Shown: piece by piece, positions 61,501-64,000 of the stretch | Layout of the letters: every line of letters begins with the position of its first letter | How positions within the stretch are numbered: position 1 is the first letter of the stretch | Source of the DNA: Macrostomum hystrix | Taxonomy: Eukaryota > Animalia > Platyhelminthes | NCBI GenBank assembly: GCA_950097015.1 | Contig: CATNEN010000039.1 | Location: forward strand, 3,844,001-3,908,000 | Length of the DNA stretch: 64,000 nt | Direction: 5' to 3' | The notes under the pieces: generated by a model | The model's input: the letters and a program-made list of their open reading frames with translations, nothing else | Databases searched by the model: none | Told to the model about the DNA's origin: nothing | Translations under genes and position numbers: made by a program

Positions 61501-64000
61501 GTCATTCTAATTGAATCAGGGTCATTCTAACTGGATCAGGGTCATTCTAACTGAATCAGGGTCATTCTAATTGAATCAGGGTCATTCTAACTGGATCAAG
61601 GTCATTCTAATTGAATAAGGGTTATTCTAACTGGATCAGGGTCATTCTAATTGAATCAGGGTCATTCTAACTGGATCAGGGTCATTCTACCTGAATCAGG
61701 GTCATTCAAACTGGATCAGGGTCATTCTAACTGAATCAGGGTCATTCTACCTGAATCAGGGTCATTCTACCTGAATCAGGGTCATTCTAACTGAATCAGG
61801 GTCATTCTAATTGAATCAGGGTCATTCTACCTGAATCAAGGTCATTCTAATTGAATCAGGGTCATTCTAACTGGATCAAGGTCATTCTACCTGTATCAGG
61901 GTCATTCTAACTGGATCAGGGTCATTCTACCTGAATCAGGGTCATTCTAACTGGATCAGGGTCATTCTAACTGAATCAGGGTCATTCTACCTGAATCAGG
62001 GTCATTCTAACTGAATCAGGGTCATTCTAACTGGATCAGGGTCATTCTACCTGTATCAGGGCCATTCTAACTGGATCAGGGTCATTCTACCTGAATCAGG
62101 GTCATTCAACCTGAATCAGGGTCATTCTACCTGTATCAGGGCCATTCTACCTGAATCAGGGTCATTCTAACTGGATCAGGGTCATTCTACCTGAATCAGG
62201 GCCATTCTACCTGAATCAGGGTCATTCTAACTGGATCAGGGTCATTCTACCTGAATCAGGGCCATTCAACCTGAATCAGGGTCATTCTACCTGAATCAGG
62301 GTCATTCTACCTGGATCAGGGTCATTCTAACTGGATCAGGGTCATTCTACCTGTATCAGGGCCATTCTAACTGGATCAGGGTCATTCTACCTGAATCAGG
62401 GTCATTCAACCTGAATCAGGGTCATTCTACCTGTATCAGGGCCATTCTAACTGGATCAGGGTCATTCTACCTGAATCAGGGTCATTCTACCTGTATCAGG
62501 GCCATTCAACCTGAATCAGGGCCATTCAACCTGAATCAGGGCCATTCAACCTGAATCAGGGTCATTCTACCTGGATCAGGGTCATTCTAACTTGATCAGG
62601 GTCATTCTAACTTGATCAGGGTCATTCTACCTGTATCAGGGCCATTCTACCTGGATCAGGGCCATTCAACCTGAATCAGGGCCATTCAACCTGAATCAGG
62701 GTCATTCTACCTGAATCAGGGCCATTCTACCTAGATCAGGGTCATTCTACCTGTATCAGGGCCATTCTAACTGGATCAGGGTCATTCTACCTGAATCAGG
62801 GTCATTCTACCTGTATCAGGGCCATTCAACCTGAATCAGGGCCATTCAACCTGAATCAGGGTCATTCTACCTGGATCAGGGTCATTCTAACTTGATCAGG
62901 GTCATTCTAACTTGATCAGGGTCATTCTACCTGTATCAGGGCCATTCTACCTGGATCAGGGCCATTCAACCTGAATCAGGGTCATTCTACCTGAATCAGG
63001 GCCATTCTACCTAGATCAGGGTCATTCTACCTGGATCAGGGTCATTCTACCTGGATCAGGGTCATTCTACCTGGATCAGGGTCATTCTACCTGTATCAGG
63101 GCCATTCAACCTGAATCAGGGTCATTCTACCTGGATCAGGGTCATTCTACCTGAATCAGGGTCATTCTACCTGAATCAGGGTCATTCTACCTGGATCAAG
63201 GTCATTCTACCTGAATCAGGGCCATTCAACCTGAATCAGGGTCATTCTACCTGAATCAGGGTCATTCTACCTGAATCAGGGTCATTCTACCTGTATCAGG
63301 GTCATTCTAACTGGATCAGGGTCATTCTACCTGAATCAGGGTCATTCTAACTGGATCAGGGTCATTCTAACTGAATCAGGGTCATTCTACCTGAATCAGG
63401 GTCATTCTAACTGGATCAGGGTCATTCTAACTGAATCAGGGTCATTCTAATTGAATCAGGGCCATTCTACCTGAATCAGGGTCATTCTAATTGAATCAGG
63501 GTCATTCTAACTGGATCAAGGTCATTCTAATTGAATAAGGGTTATTCTAACTGGATCAGGGTCATTCTAATTGAATCAGGGTCATTCTAACTGGATCAGG
63601 GTCATTCTACCTGAATCAGGGTCATTCTAACTGGATCAGGGTCATTCTAACTGAATCAGGGTCATTCTACCTGAATCAGGGTCATTCTACCTGAATCAGG
63701 GTCATTCTAACTGAATCAGGGTCATTCTAATTGAATCAGGGTCATTCTACCTGAATCAAGGTCATTCTAATTGAATCAGGGTCATTCTAACTGGATCAAG
63801 GTCATTCTACCTGTATCAGGGTCATTCTAACTGGATCAGGGTCATTCTACCTGAATCAGGGTCATTCTAACTGGATCAGGGTCATTCTAACTGAATCAGG
63901 GTCATTCTACCTGAATCAGGGTCATTCTAACTGGATCAGGGTCATTCTAACTGAATCAGGGTCATTCTAATTGAATCAGGGCCATTCTACCTGAATCAGG
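58562..64000. repeat. 20-bp satellite (GTCATTCTACCTGAATCAGG)n, more than 270 units, intronic in the NHE gene, runs off the window
   Basis: Register kept with no visible indels for more than 5.4 kb. Confidence 0.99.

Overview
Eukaryotic (animal) genomic DNA, not prokaryotic: it has GT-AG spliced genes and roughly half of the window is tandem repeat. The dense 20-40 bp intronic minisatellites, TTAGGG-type repeat and an SME16-like EF-hand protein suggest a free-living flatworm such as Macrostomum, but this is inference only. I reconstructed four genes by hand with consistent splice phases. (1) A minus-strand cell-surface Ig-superfamily gene (signal peptide, 3 Ig, start of an FN3; 6 exons, 15203 to 509, continuing off the left edge). 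(2) A minus-strand 4-exon CYP7/CYP8-clan cytochrome P450 with an atypical I-helix and a shortened heme loop. (3) A plus-strand intronless ORF made of four near-identical 555-bp copies of a 16-kDa-type EF-hand module. (4) The 3' ten exons of a minus-strand SLC9A/NHE Na+/H+ exchanger, whose tail carries RFxV, RVxF and PDZ-type motifs, with a candidate mutually exclusive 74-nt exon. A 16.6-kb, apparently indel-free 30-bp satellite with higher-order structure lies between genes 3 and 4, and about 25 other mostly unrelated minisatellites fill introns and intergenic space. A tRNA-derived SINE-like element, a palindromic MITE-like element and an interstitial telomeric tract are also present. Most ORFs in the supplied track are translations of repeats.
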